NCBI RefSeq assembly: GCF_009914755.1
Contig: NC_060927.1
Length of the DNA: 64,000 nucleotides
From: the human T2T-CHM13v2.0 reference genome, Homo sapiens
Direction: 5' to 3' (one strand)
The notes under the pieces are model-generated. The model was not told the origin of the DNA. It saw only the letters and a program-made list of their open reading frames with translations, and made no database searches. How positions within the stretch are numbered: the first letter of the stretch is position 1; each line of letters starts with the position of its first letter. The position numbers were made by a program, and so were the translations under genes. This document shows positions 1 through 12,930 of this stretch, in pieces.

Positions 1-39
1 CGCATGCAGTTGAAACCCATGTTTTTCAAGGGTCAACAG
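1..39 (+). mobile_element. Right end/TIR of a Tigger2/MER8-type TcMar-Tigger element (continues left of the window)
   Basis: gcagttgaaacccatgtttttcaagggtcaac matches the reverse complement of the Tigger2 TIR CAGTTGACCCTTGAACAACACGGGTTTGAACTGC. Confidence 0.7.
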
Positions 40-594
40 CATAGGAAAAGAACACACTAAAGTCCAGCCTTTCAGTTTTTCCTGGAGGAAAGAACATATG
101 GAAATATCTGAAAACTTCAGTTCTGCCTCCTCCCATGACACAAGGAGCCAAAGCTGAGTAGTGGCTACTCCATTTGACCAGGCACAGCTCCCTATTTTGC
201 CATAGTTCTCACCGCTTCCTAGTGTTGTCACCGAGCCTATCTCACTCATTAGCACTTCCTGCCTGGTCCCTAAGGCATTTGCATCTGTAGCCTATTTTAC
301 TCATTAGCCCATGACCTATTTCTAGAAACATTTGTTTATATATCTACCTATATATTTTGAAATCATTTAATAGCAGAGAATAGGCCTTAAAGAAATTCTA
401 AATTGGTATGAACTTGTGATAGAGAAAAAGCTCAGGGAAAGATCCAGAACCTGCTTGCCTTGGTAGTTCGGACTGACCTCAGTGACAGGGGCTCTGCACA
501 ACGGGGGTTGGGGTGTGTTGGGAATGCTTGGGACTAGAAACAAAAAGGGGGCAGTGTTTGAGGATGGAGCCAAGGGGAAAGAGCCCAGGATGAG

Positions 595-800
595 AAGACA
601 GAATCCCTGGGTTCTAGTGCTCACTCTTCCACTTAATCTACTTTGTGTTATTTGGTCGACTGCTTAGCCTCTCTGGGCAACAGCCAGCTCTTCTACAATC
701 TGCAGCGAGGTAGCACCCGCCTTGGCCTCCTTGGTTTGTGAATGCCCAGTAAAATCAAGTCATAAGGGCAGAAACACTGTAACATTTATGAAGTACAACG
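595..800 (+). mobile_element. MIR SINE (degenerate)
   Basis: ctgggttctagtgctcactcttccactta...gcttagcctctctgggc resembles the MIR core. Confidence 0.5.
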
Positions 801-2334
801 TATAAGTAAGGTATCATTACTCCCGAGCTTTCTAATTTGGCCTAAGGCTGACCTGGTGGAAACAAATCAAAAGCACAAACAAAACAACAGGAAAATCAAA
901 CAAAAACCCCATAAAAAGAAAGAGCTAAGTTCCTCTAGGACTAAGACACATCCATCTTTTCCACTGTAAACTGCGTGCTGTTAAAAGGCACAGATGGACC
1001 CAGCATGAACTGCTAAAGATGGATAAGGATGGCCTCATGTTTACCAAATTTCAGACCAACTAGGCTTTTTGGCTCAAGACACCAGCCTTGTGGACACAGA
1101 GAGTCAAAGGTGAGGCGTGGCTTAGTTTGAGATGATCTGGCCACCACTGAGATCAGCAGGGCTCCCATGCGATATTCAGAAAGGGCTCTTCACTTTAACC
1201 TCAGTTTTAACTCTCCCTGCTCAAAGTTCTCCAGCCTCCCAACTCCCACATGAACAAATTCTACAACAATTCTCTACCTGCCCCTCCCAGACACTCCAAG
1301 GAATTCTGTGTTGTTCAGAACAATGGCTGCATTCACACTTTCTGGAAGCCTGGTGTCAAGGACAGACACATCCACATGAACACTGCTTGCCACATTCCCT
1401 GGAGGAAGCCAAGGATGAGCTGTGTCATGTTGCTGCAAAAGAAGAAAAGAAACTTTGGAAAATGGAAGCAGCAGAAAATATTCCTACTGGGGACTATTTG
1501 AGCTCAATATCTATCCCAAAGTCATGAATTTCAGTGTGGATAGCAATTTAGAGATTTTTTTTTCCTGGCTGTAATTTTCATTTGATAATTTTCCAACATC
1601 TAAATCATTGTTCACGTTAGAATAACTGATGATAGTTAAGCCCGTTCTTTTCCTGTGTATTTGATCTCAGAACTAAGGTTTGAATGGGAGCACCACATTG
1701 TAGTTGAAAAGCTGTTCTCGCACTAGTTCTGCAATCTATATTGAAAGAGTTCTTTGCAGAAGAAGGGAAGTTAAAGGAGGGTCGATTTGGACTCTCAGTA
1801 CAGAAGAATGGCTCACAGCTGTCAAAGCTGACAAAGGATGGACTTTATGCTTCAAAACACCGTGCTCAAGAAGAGCAAGACAAATTTTTGCACTGGGGGA
1901 TCTAAGAGAAAATCAAACATCAGTAGGGTGATGGACTAGAATCTAGATGACCTTCCAGGTTCCTTCCAACTCTTTTGTGCCAATGTTTTCTGTTTGGGCC
2001 AAGAATAACAGTATTGTCCAAGAGCTGGTTTGTACGACTAGAGGCAAGGCATGCACAACCAGCAAGAAGTGCCTGCAGTGTGATTTGTAGAGTGATGCTG
2101 AGGTTCTCTGCCCCAAACTAACATTCCCACCACTCGGGCAGAGTAACATTGAAAATTACATTTAAGAAAATGCCAGGTTTGGATTGCATATTTTAACAGA
2201 AGTGTGGAGACTGTTACTGTTAAAAAAAAATTTAAGTCTATATTCGGCCAGAGTAAAGAGAAACTGAATCAACTTTCTCTAGCCAAAATAGAAAGCCTTA
2301 ATAAAAAGGAGAGATGGTAGGGATAAGGATAACG

Positions 2335-2530
2335 ATAATAGTTTAGTAGAGAACCTGTTATATGCGAACACTATACCAGGTGTATTACATAAATTATGTC
2401 ATTTAAACTTCACTATTACACCCTCCTACCCCCATTTTAAAGATAAATAAACCACATCTCAGATAAGCTAAGCCACATGCCCAAAGAATGGGTGGCAGGT
2501 GCGTAATTTCAACAAGTACTCTGTGACTCT
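2335..2530 (-). mobile_element. MIR SINE
   Basis: ccccattttaaagat...ctcagataagctaagccacatgcccaa = antisense MIR core. Confidence 0.6.
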
Positions 2531-3253
2531 TGCCAAGAAGCTTCATTTGTAAGAACAAGAAAGGAGAGGCCAGTTCTGAGATGGTAGCAGAGGAGGTTGG
2601 TGGGAACACTAGAAGTGTGGTGCTGGGGAAGAGAAATCTCGTTATCTCAAACAACTTGGAGCAAGCCCAGAGCCCTCCTGGACATCCATGCTTGGGAGAA
2701 GTTGGAGTAATCAACCCATACAGTACTCCCATTTGGGGATTTTGTTTTCAGAATTAATCTCTACCTCCTTCTACCCTCCTGACTGGGAATCTACAAGCTG
2801 TGGAAGTCTGAAGAGGAAACCAAGTGGCTCCTGCAGAAGTTTAGGGGAGCCTGCCTTAACACAAAGGATCCAATGCAAGTCAGTTTACACTGTGACCACA
2901 GCCTCTCTCAAATGGGGGGGCATTAAGAATGTAAAGGAAGGAACAGATTTGAGACCCTATGGAGGAAGGAGTGGCAGGTCGGCTGTCTGGTAGCAGATTA
3001 GACAACAGGGCAGGAAAGAAATCAAAGTCAAAATGGTCTCCAAAATAGACTTGTCGCTGCTTCTAGGCAGAAGCTGTGCTCCCGGCTCAGTGAGGACAGA
3101 ACTCCTAGCACAGTGCATGAAGACAGATTTCAAGTGTTTGAGCATGAATAATTGGGAGATATTTGGTAACATGGAATGAAGAGTTATGGCAATTAATTTG
3201 ATGGAGGCCAAAAGAGAGGGGAAAGATGGTAATTCTGTTTAAGACATGACTGA

Positions 3254-3372
3254 GGCCAGGCGTGGTGGCTCACGTCTGTAGTCCCAGAACTTCGGGAGGC
3301 CAAGGTAGGCAGGTTGCTTGAGACCAGGAGTTCGAGACCAGCCTGGGAAAAATTGCAAAGTCCCCTTTTTAC

Positions 3373-3406
<34 letters not shown>

Positions 3407-3594
3407 AGCCAGGTGTGATGGCATATGCCGGTAGTCCCACTACTCAGGCGGCTGAGGTGGGAGGGTCCCTTGAGCCTGAGAGGTTGAGGCTGCAGTGAGC
3501 TATGACTACACCACTGCACTCCAGCCTGGGCGACAGAGTGAGAAACTGTCTCAAAAATAAAATAAAATAAAAAATAAATAAATAAAAAATAAAA
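3254..3594 (+). mobile_element. Full-length AluJ (AluJo-like) with a 31-nt pure A middle linker
   Basis: Dimeric Alu, J-type right arm (ttgagcctgagaggttgaggctgcagtgagctatga), A-rich tail, flanking duplication catgactga. Confidence 0.95.
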
Positions 3595-4251
3595 GCATGA
3601 CTGAGTTTTTGGTGTATTGATAAATAAAATTCAAATAAGCCCTAACATTTTTATTCTAAAAGAGAACATACGTAAATGCCCTGAAGGGATTCTCTCCCCT
3701 CTGACATTCAATGAGTCATTGCCAATTAACTCCCTGGACACTTAAACTCATGCCGCAAATGACTTCAACTTTTTTGATGACCGCACTAGACCATATTATT
3801 TCCTTCAGTACATATTTCTATCCAGGATTCATTCAACAAATATTCATGGTGCATGGCCCAAAAGTGTTCAGGATGATCCAGATGTTGAGACTAACCTCAG
3901 GAAGCTAAGAACCTAATGGAGTGACGAGTCAGGTCCATGAATGACCAGAAATTATATTCAGAATTTTTAACAAATGTAAGGCATGGGCACTGACCAATCA
4001 GAATGGATTTCTCTATAGAACTGCATTAGGGTGTTGGAGGACCCCTGGCATTCCAGGCATTACTCTTTCAGTTGTTGGATCATAGGGAGATTCAATGGGG
4101 CTGGGAGTGGGGCCAGGGTTCTGGGTCACTCAGGGTGTTTAGGAAAGAGACTATTTACTAATTGATTCAATTTTACAGTCACTGGTACATCAGAATTAGT
4201 ATATACTTGTTGATTATCAACCCTATAGGAGATATTACAGAGGCAAGAAAT

Positions 4252-4715
4252 CTATCAGTTAGCTATAACTACCTAACAAACTCCCCTAAAGCACTGTGAC
4301 TTTAAATAATGGCTATCAATTACTATGTTTCATGGGTGACAAATGAGTCAACTGATCTTGACTGGATCCATTCATGTGTCTTAGCCAACTGGGACCTCTA
4401 CTCTGAGTGGAGCTTGACTGAGAACACCTTACCTCCACATGTCTCTCTTTCTCCTCTGGGACCAGTGACATAGTCCAGGTACATACTACTCATAGTGGTA
4501 GCACAGGTGCAAGAGGGAGCCCAATCACGTAAGTGCTTTTCCAAGTCTCAGCTTGCATTCTGTCTGCTAAATCTCATTGGCCAGAGCAAGTCATATGACC
4601 GAATAATTCAGAATCAAGGAGTGGGGCAATATCCTCCACCTTCTGATAGGAGGAGCTGCAGTCTCATGGAAAAGTTAATGGATACAGGAAGGGCTCAGGA
4701 ATGCAGTCTATCACA
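4252..4715 (-). mobile_element. MaLR LTR (MLT1I/J-like)
   Basis: tatcagttagcta...aacaaactcccctaaa start; attggccagagcaagtcatatgacc motif; ends ctatcaca. Confidence 0.7.
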
Positions 4716-4716
4716 G

Positions 4717-4720
<4 letters not shown>

Positions 4721-4807
<87 letters not shown>

Positions 4808-4826
4808 TACACACACACACATACAC
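4721..4826. repeat. Compound microsatellite (TC)28(AC)12 plus degenerate AC
   Basis: Read directly from the sequence. Confidence 0.98.
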
Positions 4827-4879
4827 GTACTCTTGCTCTCTCTCTCATCTGTTTAGTGTCCATTTCTACTTCTGAAAAG

Positions 4880-5375
4880 AGCACCTTAACTCTCCCTTAG
4901 GGAACAATACCTCCTCTGCTTTTGGTCCAAGGATTGTTGACTCTATCTCCCAGATCCCAAGAGTGGAGTATGGTTCAGCTCTCCACAATCACAGCATTCT
5001 ATTCATTTTGGCCATGGTCATTAGTTCAGCAATAGGCATGTGACCCAAGTCAAGCTGATGGAATTAAATTCTAGGAGTTTTGTTGGAGTTATTAGGAAAG
5101 AAAAGTCTCTTTCTAAGGAAGTTGTTGAGAGGCTAAAACATAAGCCTATAGCTTCTGATAGCTATCGTGTTACAACGAGAGGAAACCTTGAGAATGTATC
5201 AGTTCAGAGGAAAACAGTGAGAGATTGAGCACATAAAACTGAATAAATAATGCTGATATCTTTTGATCCCCTGACTCCAACTGTGCCTGAACCATCACTC
5301 CTAAGATTTTCAGTTGTATGTGGCAATACCTCTACCCCCCACTTTTGTTTTTAACTAAATCAGTTTGAATTAGAT
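4880..5375 (+). mobile_element. MaLR LTR (MLT1K/L-like)
   Basis: ggccatggtcattagttcagcaataggcatgtgacccaag and 3' ccaactgtgcctgaa...cagtttgaattag motifs. Confidence 0.65.
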
Positions 5376-6417
5376 TGGAGAGAGAGAAAACTAACTGTTA
5401 AGAAAACTAAATGAGAGAATTATTTTGGCCAGAAGGATTAAGGTAGGTTATTTAGAGAAGTTGTCATTTGAGCTAACCACTGTCTTGTTTAATGTCTCAG
5501 CATTTTTTGTTTTGTTCTGTTTTGTTTTTAATGCCTAAGAAACCCTTTCAATTCTTCATTCCCTGGGAAAGATAATTTACATGAAAAAGTACAGCAACAG
5601 CTGACACGCTTTGAAAAATGAGTTGTTGGCCACCTCTTTCATTTCTACTTGGCAAGTTTTAGGATGAAAATGAGATCTTTCCAGACAACACCCTAGTTAA
5701 TTTTCCAGTTGGTCTAACACTGTATTTAAGAAACTTGCCTCCTAAGAGATTAGTTGGGCCCCACTGCGTTAGCGTGGCAATGTAACCCAATTGCTAAGCA
5801 GTTAATCTATTCATTATGTATATTTTCATTCTCAATTTTTTTTTTCTGAGAACCAACTGAAGCATGAGGGATAACATGGCTTTCTTAAGCAATTGCTTTC
5901 AAGTCCTGATGAAGAAATTTCCAAGCATAGATTTCAGCACAGTCTTTCTCAAAGTGGTCAAAGTCAGCTAGAAGGTTATATCTATAGGTGCCTTCTCTAT
6001 AAGATACTCCTTCTCCCAAACAGAATTCATATTTCAATCAAGGTGACTCACACTTGGTCTTCTTTACATTTAGATGTCTCTCCATACACTCCATGCCTTT
6101 CTGAAATATCCTCTAGGACTGAAAATGTAATGCATTAAATAAAATCTCCAGAGACGTTCACATATCATCCCAACTGTTCCACTCAGATGGGTAATATTGA
6201 CTATTCCAACTGTTTGTGCTGACGCTAATGTTAGAGACTAAAGAAATATCAAGGAGGAATATCTGTACAAATTTGCAAATGCTCATGGAACAACCACGGT
6301 AACAATTCCCACAGAAACATTAATATCCTAAGCTAACAGACGGAAAAAGAAATAAGCATGAACACAGTCCTATGGCCTCTCATTGCCCATTTTGAGACAC
6401 CAAAGCATAAATTCATG

Positions 6418-6445
6418 CGTGTGTGTGTGTGTGTGTGTGTTTGTG
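6418..6445. repeat. Short (GT)n microsatellite
   Basis: Read directly. Confidence 0.9.
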
Positions 6446-6969
6446 TATCCAAACCAAGTATAAAATTAAACAATTACCAGGAAACCTCATTATTGTGGAA
6501 GGCCAAGCCCGTACTCATCAGCCACAAATTGTAGTCCTCAAGTCTCAATGTCTTGTTGATTACCTTCACATCACCTTCACATGCACTCCCACACCCCAAA
6601 CACTCTGCTCAATCTTGGCGCTTTATCCGTTCACCAAATTCTTCAGAGCACAGGCAGGCACAGGTGCTTATGTTCTGGGCAGCCCCTTTTCATGTTTGTG
6701 ATAATGTTGCCAATTTGAGAAATCAGTCATCATTTGGCTAGAGAAACTGTTTTGGAATGTTTCAGCTAAAGTTGGATTCACTTTTCTTGCAATTACGCTC
6801 AGAAGATAAAATGACACTGCAAAATGCCACCCGACAAGTCCCCTACCCAGTTTTCCCCACGTTCCTGCTCAGATGCAGGAGGAAGACTGATTATAGCAAG
6901 GGAAGGAAGAGCATCCTTCCACACTCCCCATTTCACCTTCCATCCTTGTTTATTTTTTTTTCTTTCTTT

Positions 6970-7380
6970 TTTTCATTTCCCAGCATCAGGCCATGCTCTG
7001 TGCCAGGTGGAAGAGGACGCAGGGGTGAGCAAAACAGACACAGACCTTTCAATTCTGTAATATTCACACTCATGAATGCAAAACTGAAAATGTAGAAAGA
7101 CGGTTGAAGGAAAAAGGTTCTAGGGAAGTATGTAGCCAAGAAACCTGCCTCAGTGATTGGTCTGGGAAGGCTTCCCTGAAGAAGCCACTATTGAGCTGAG
7201 ATCTGAAGAAAGAATAGGAGTCAACCAAGAGCATTCAGAATGTAAGTACAAGAGGCACTACTGCCCTTTAGAGGGAGGAAAATTGGCAAATTCAGGACAT
7301 AAGAGAAACCCAGTGTGGCTGGAAAGCAGAGAGCAAAGAGTGTACTGTGTAGGACCCTGTTGATCAGAGAAAGAATTTTA
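6970..7380 (-). mobile_element. L2 LINE fragment
   Basis: gggaaggcttccctgaagaagccactattgagctgagatctgaagaaagaataggagt is a typical antisense L2 3' region. Confidence 0.65.
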
Positions 7381-8274
7381 AGGGGGCTCTGGAGAGAAGA
7401 ATTGTTGAGTTAAGGTAATGCTAGGCAGGCAGCAGCAAGTTATCCAAAAGTTTTCAACTAGTTGGCCTGATAGGGCCATATGGGATGATATGATATTGAA
7501 AGAATTTTGTATCGATTGGTAAATCATTGCTTCAGTAACCCTGGGACTTCTCCTCAGTGCCCCTGCTACCTAACCTTCTGGAATATTCCAGTTATCCTTA
7601 TGATCTAGCAACTAAAGGTAATAATGGCTAGCACACTGGAAACCCTCTGTGACAACCTTCTAGTACCAGGGTGGTTGGTACCCAGACCTTACCACTTATT
7701 AAATGTTATGAATATAAGTCCTGCTGTGCCTGCAACAGTGCCCAAAAAGTCAGAAACACTCAATGGGCATTTGTTGCATGAACTGAATAGAATCACATCC
7801 TAATTCACTAGAGACCCAAAATGAACAGAATCTTCACACAACTTCAGCAGCATCAGGAAGCCAAGGTCAAAAGGCAGACAGCCTGGGATTGCTATGAAAT
7901 ACAGGAAATTATTTAATGGGAAATGAGGGATGATAAGGCCAAAGCTGAAGTCTCACAGAAGCTGAGTTGCAGTGCTAGTGAGTCCTTGTCTTCTTTTTAA
8001 GATGGATGCTTAGTTTTTCTGTTCAATTCTGTTTGATGGGTGACCCCTCTCAAGCTTGAAGGGAACATATTCCCAGCTGGATAAAATCAGCCACTGGAAT
8101 TCTATACTTTCCATATCCATATTAAATGTACAGATTTCACATTGGACTCTACAATAACATTAACTGTGTAATTTGAATGTATTAATCTTCAAAGAGAAAA
8201 TAAAGATAGCACTTTAAAAAAACTGTAAGCTTTAAGAAGCAAAAACAAAAAATGTATATTGATATTTTCTACAA

Positions 8275-8797
8275 CAGGGGTCCCCAGTTCCTGGGCCACG
8301 GACCAGTACTGGTCTGTGGCCTGTTAGAAACCAGGCCACATAGCAGGAGGTGAGCACTGAACAAGCAAAGCTTCATCTGTATTTACGGCCACTCCCAATC
8401 TCTCACATTACCACCTGAGCTCCACCTCCTGTCAGAACAGCAGCAGCATTAGACATTCATAAGAGTGCAAAGTGTATTGTAAACTGCACGTGCGAGGGGT
8501 CTAGGTTGCATGCTTCTTATGAGAATCTAATGCTTGATGATCTGTCACTGTCTCCCATCACCACCAGACGAGTCCATCTAGCTGGAGGAAAACAAGCTCA
8601 GGGCTCCCACTGATTCTACATTATGGTGAGTTGTATAATCATTTCATTAAATATTACAATATAACAATAATAAAAATAAAGTGCACAATAAATGTAATGC
8701 ACTTGAAGCATCCTGAAACCATCCCCCTCCCCAGGTCTGTGGAAAAATTGTCTTTCACGAAACTGGTCCCTGCTCCCGAAATATCTGGGGACTGCGG
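8275..8797 (+). mobile_element. MER1A (hAT-Charlie), complete
   Basis: caggggtcccc...ggggactgcgg termini, ~520 bp, exact 8-bp TSD ttctacaa at 8267-8274 and 8798-8805. Confidence 0.93.
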
Positions 8798-9175
8798 TTC
8801 TACAACATCTATGGAGTTTCTGTTACAAAGTGCAACATGTTTGCTTTAAAGAATTTGGAAGAAGATAAGAAAAAAAATTGTCTATAATGCCACTAACCAA
8901 GAACAGACACAATTATTTTATGTATTGTTAATAGTCTATTTTTTGTATATAATTTGGTACCATTTAAAAAATATTTTTTCTAAATTTAAATAGCTCTTGA
9001 TTTGAGAGGGTTTTTTCTTTTGTTATTATTGCTGCTCTCTTATTTCTCCACTCAGTGCCTTTTAGGGGTTGAGGGAGAATGACAGACTATTGACATGAAC
9101 CGCCACTGCAATCAGACTTGGCTACATGGACTATGCTCATCTTTTTGAACACTTCATCCACTAAATGTAGAACAA

Positions 9176-9828
9176 GGTGATGGGAATATAAAATGGTGCA
9201 GCCACTGTAGAAAATAGCTTGTCAGTTGCTCAATAAGTTAAACATAAATTACCTAATGACCCTGTAATTCAACTCCCAAAAGAATTGGAAACAGATATTC
9301 GAACAAATACTTGTACACAAATATCATAGCACCATTATTCACAATAGTCAAAAGATGGAAATAACCCAAATGTTGTCCACTAACAACTGAAAGGATAAAC
9401 ACAATGTGGTATATCCATAAAATGGAATAGTATTCAGTTGTAAAAAGGAATGAAGTGCTGATACACGCTACAACATGTATAAACCTTCAAAACGTTATGC
9501 TAAGTAAAAGAAGTCAGTCATAAATGTATCATGTAAATGTATGATTCCATTTACATGAAATATCTAGAATGGCAAATCCATAGAAACAGAAAGCAGATTA
9601 ATGGCTGCCAGAGACTAGGAGAAGGGGGAATGGGGAGAGCTTGTTTAATGGGCACAGGGTTTCCTTTTGGGACATTGAAAATATTCTGAAACTAGATAGC
9701 AAAAATGAGAGCCCAACCTTATGAATGTTCTGGATGTCACTGAATTGCATACTTTAAGATGATTAAAATGGTGAATTTTATGCTGTGTGTATTTTACCCT
9801 CCCACAATAATATATATTTTTAAATAAA
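9176..9828 (+). mobile_element. L1MB 3' end (ORF2 end + 3'UTR)
   Basis: gggaatataaaatggtgcagccactgtagaaaa...atgattccatttacatgaaatatctagaatggcaaatccatagaaacagaaagcagatta...ggtgaattttatg. Confidence 0.9.
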
Positions 9829-10289
9829 GCAAGGGAGGCATATCAGAAGATAAAAGCACAAGACTGAGAAAGAACAGAAACCCAATGAAATCCACTCAAC
9901 ATCAACTCTAACACCTTCTTCTTCTAGGTGATGATTTAAAAATTTTCCCAGGGATCCCGGTATAGATTTCTGACCTCACTTGCCCTTCTGTGGTTATTGC
10001 ATTAATGTCCAGTCTTCCTGATAACCAATGCAAAACTCCATCACTAGCTGGAAATTCTGAAGGCATTGTTGACCTCACTTCACATATCCAGTGCCTACCT
10101 AGTTATAAGGGATTCATCCCTTTTGGCTGCCTTTGTCTTTCCATGCCCATATCCAGTCATGGGCTCCCTGCCCCTGGACTCTGCCACCCAAATCCTGCCT
10201 ACCAGTGCCAGGTTCATAGCTAAACCATTCAACAGTTCCTTAGCATTGCCCCATAATTAGAAGAGATGCTGGTCATGACCCTATAGTGA

Positions 10290-10450
10290 TATGTATCCAG
10301 CCTTCCCTGTGAGACAGATGCTATTATTATTTCTATTTTACTGAAGAAGATACTAAAGTTTAGAGAGTTATAATGATTTGCCCAAGATCATAAGATAGGG
10401 TGATGTTGAGACTTGTACCCTAGCATCCTGATTCCAAGCCCAAAGTCATA
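10290..10450 (-). mobile_element. MIR SINE
   Basis: tattattatttctattttactgaagaagatactaaagtttagagagttataatgatttgcccaagatca. Confidence 0.65.
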
Positions 10451-10639
10451 AATATACCACCCTACCATCTCTACTATTATCTGTCATCAGTCCCCCAAAT
10501 GAACTCTTCATTCCAGTTAAACAAACTACTCTCTATATCTAAACATGACAGAAGCATGCCAGGCCACAAACCTAGAATGTTTACCATGGTTCAAATCCAA
10601 TCCTGCCTTCAAGGAGTAATTTACGTCCTTTCTCTTCCA

Positions 10640-11080
10640 TGAAGATGTGCCTTAGGTAACTTAATCTAGTCTCTCCTCCCCCTCCATCTCCAAATCTAAT
10701 CAACTCAGATTAATTTTGCTTCCTTCATATTTATGTCTCCTTCCTCTCCTGTCTGTCCTTATTATAGCCACCTTCATTCAGTCCATTATGTCTGGTGTGG
10801 GTTATTGCAGTACTCACTTGGTGGTTTCCTTGTCCCTATTAGATCCCCTCAAATGCATCTTCCACCAAGCACATAGTTGACTCTCAATTTTTATACATTG
10901 AACAGACTAAACAAATGCTGCCAGAGAAATCATTTCATTACATGCCACTCTCTCCCCCTAGACTCTCACCTCTCCAAAGGCAGAAACTATGACTTACTCA
11001 TCTTTGCATAACAGCATCAAACAAAATGCCTGGCACACTGTAGATGTCAACAGATGTTGGCTGAATGAATCAATGATTGG
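10640..11080 (+). mobile_element. L2 fragments ending in the L2 3' terminus
   Basis: aatgcctggcacactgtagatgtcaacagatgttggctgaatgaat terminal motif. Confidence 0.6.
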
Positions 11081-11271
11081 AGTGTTTATTCAATGTAATA
11101 TTCATATAGCACTTAAATACTAATACAAATCAACCCAGTGTAACTTAGGTTGTGTGTCATTGCCCAGATAGACTGTTAGGCCCTTGTGAACTAGGAATGT
11201 GTTTCAGAAACTTGGTGTCCTTAACACTTGGCACAGTAAAAATGTGACTTATGATCGAATGCATCTCCACT

Positions 11272-11580
11272 AATTCATTGATTCAACAAATATTTACTTA
11301 CTGTTTCAGGCACTATGCTAGGTTCCAGGAAAACAGTAGTTGAAGAGGCAGATGAGGTTGCTGCCCTCTGAGAGTTTACAGAACACAGGGTGTGGCAGAA
11401 AAATATCCAAGTGATCAAAGAAGTAAAAAAAAAAAAAAAATTCAAACACAGTCAAAAAGGAAATAAAACGCAGCGACAAAGCAGAAGTAGATTGGAGGAG
11501 AGGTCCACATTAAAGAGGGTGGTCAGGAATTCATCTCTTGCAGAGGAGAAACCAGAGCAGAAACCAAAAGGATGAGCTAA
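11272..11580 (-). mobile_element. L2 3' end
   Basis: ttcattgattcaacaaatatttact...caggcactatgctagg...ctgccctctgagagtttaca. Confidence 0.7.
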
Positions 11581-12689
11581 ATTTCAAACTGCAAAGTTGA
11601 ATATACAATAACTCAGTATCTCCACTGATGATATCTTTGGTAAAAAAGTGTTAGACAAGCAACTGAGGGGTGCATTCGGGGACGAATGCGCTCAGGCAAA
11701 GTATTGCTTTTAGAATGTTCTGCAAACAACAAGACACTGCGACCTAATCTATAATAAAGGGGTTTTGTTTGTGGCAGAAGATGGGGAGATGCCCAGGCCA
11801 TCAGCAGATGTGCTGTCTGTAGCTGGAGAAGTAGCTTGTGAAGGTGCCCTCATAGAATTAAGTTGCATTTTTAATCTACTGTTTTCTGTGAAATTCATGC
11901 ATCTTAAATTCGAAAGCATCTTGTCTACTTTTTCTTAGTCCCCACTACAAAACTCCTATAGTGATTCACTTCTTGTGTACATATTCTGAGTTGGAAATAT
12001 CAAGGTAACAGATGTGACACATTAAGATTTTGATAAATATAGTCAGTGAGTGAAAGGATTCAATCCAAATTACTCAGCCTGACAGCATGAGCTCCTAAAC
12101 AACCTGGGAATGGATGGTGCTCAAAAGTTTACTGAGTTGACTTAAGTAACTGCCTCTCTAATTTCCATGCCTGACTCAGGAATATTTTATTTTGACAATT
12201 TTTAATCAAAAATTGGATTCTGAGGTGTTCTAATTACATTGAATCTCAGAGTAAACTGACTTTGGGCCACATTACCTCCTCCCAAGTCAAAGGACCGGGT
12301 AAATTCACTAATTGTCATATGATTTCACGGACCATGGAAATGTCAGCCCTCGTGGCTCCCTGCTGAGTGGCTCAGGGTCACCAGCACCCACAGGGCCTAT
12401 AATCTTCTTAATTTCAATTATTGCCTCCTTGTCTCCATAAGCTTCTGGGAGGCCTCCTCCTAGGTTTGCTTTTTCTTTGCTCAGAACTGAATTTCCTCAC
12501 TGTGACTTAGTCTTACCTTGCAGAATTATTAATATTAATATAGTTTACAAACATGCAGCAGGGTCTTCCCTGCAGCAAGGTCCTCCTGATACATGTTCCT
12601 GAAATATATTTAGTCATAGTAATGAAAGGCCAACATTGTCACTCATTATGGGAATATCTACTAGAAGTTAAATGTAACTCAGAGAAGAT

Positions 12690-12930
12690 CTCAGCTTCTG
12701 AAGTAAAATTACCTGTAATTCAAATTCCCACATCCTCACTTGCAGGCTGGGTGACCTTGAATGAACTATTTCAACCTCTCTGAGTTTCCATTTCTTTATC
12801 TGTAAAATGAGTGCAATAATAAAGCCCATAAAGAATTATTGTATTTAAACAAAATAATACACAGGGTTTAACATTGTGTCTGACACATGGGAAGCAGCCA
12901 AGAAATGTCTGCTACTATTGCCGTTATTAT
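12690..12930 (+). mobile_element. MIR SINE
   Basis: gtgaccttgaatgaactatttcaacctctctgagtttccatttctttatctgtaaaatgag. Confidence 0.8.

Noticed and set aside
1132-1527. Overlapping 131-aa and 83-aa ORFs in unique sequence
   Set aside because: No recognisable domain or supported exon structure; such lengths arise by chance in 64 kb.
7576-7591. Perfect three-pentamer heat-shock element / 14-bp palindrome (another HSE at 61731-61743)
   Set aside because: A motif with 9 specified bases is expected about once by chance in this window; no promoter context.
11621-11670. TGATGA...CTGA pair resembling C/D-box snoRNA boxes
   Set aside because: Only ~41 nt from box C to box D, box C is not preceded by a purine, and there are no C'/D' boxes.
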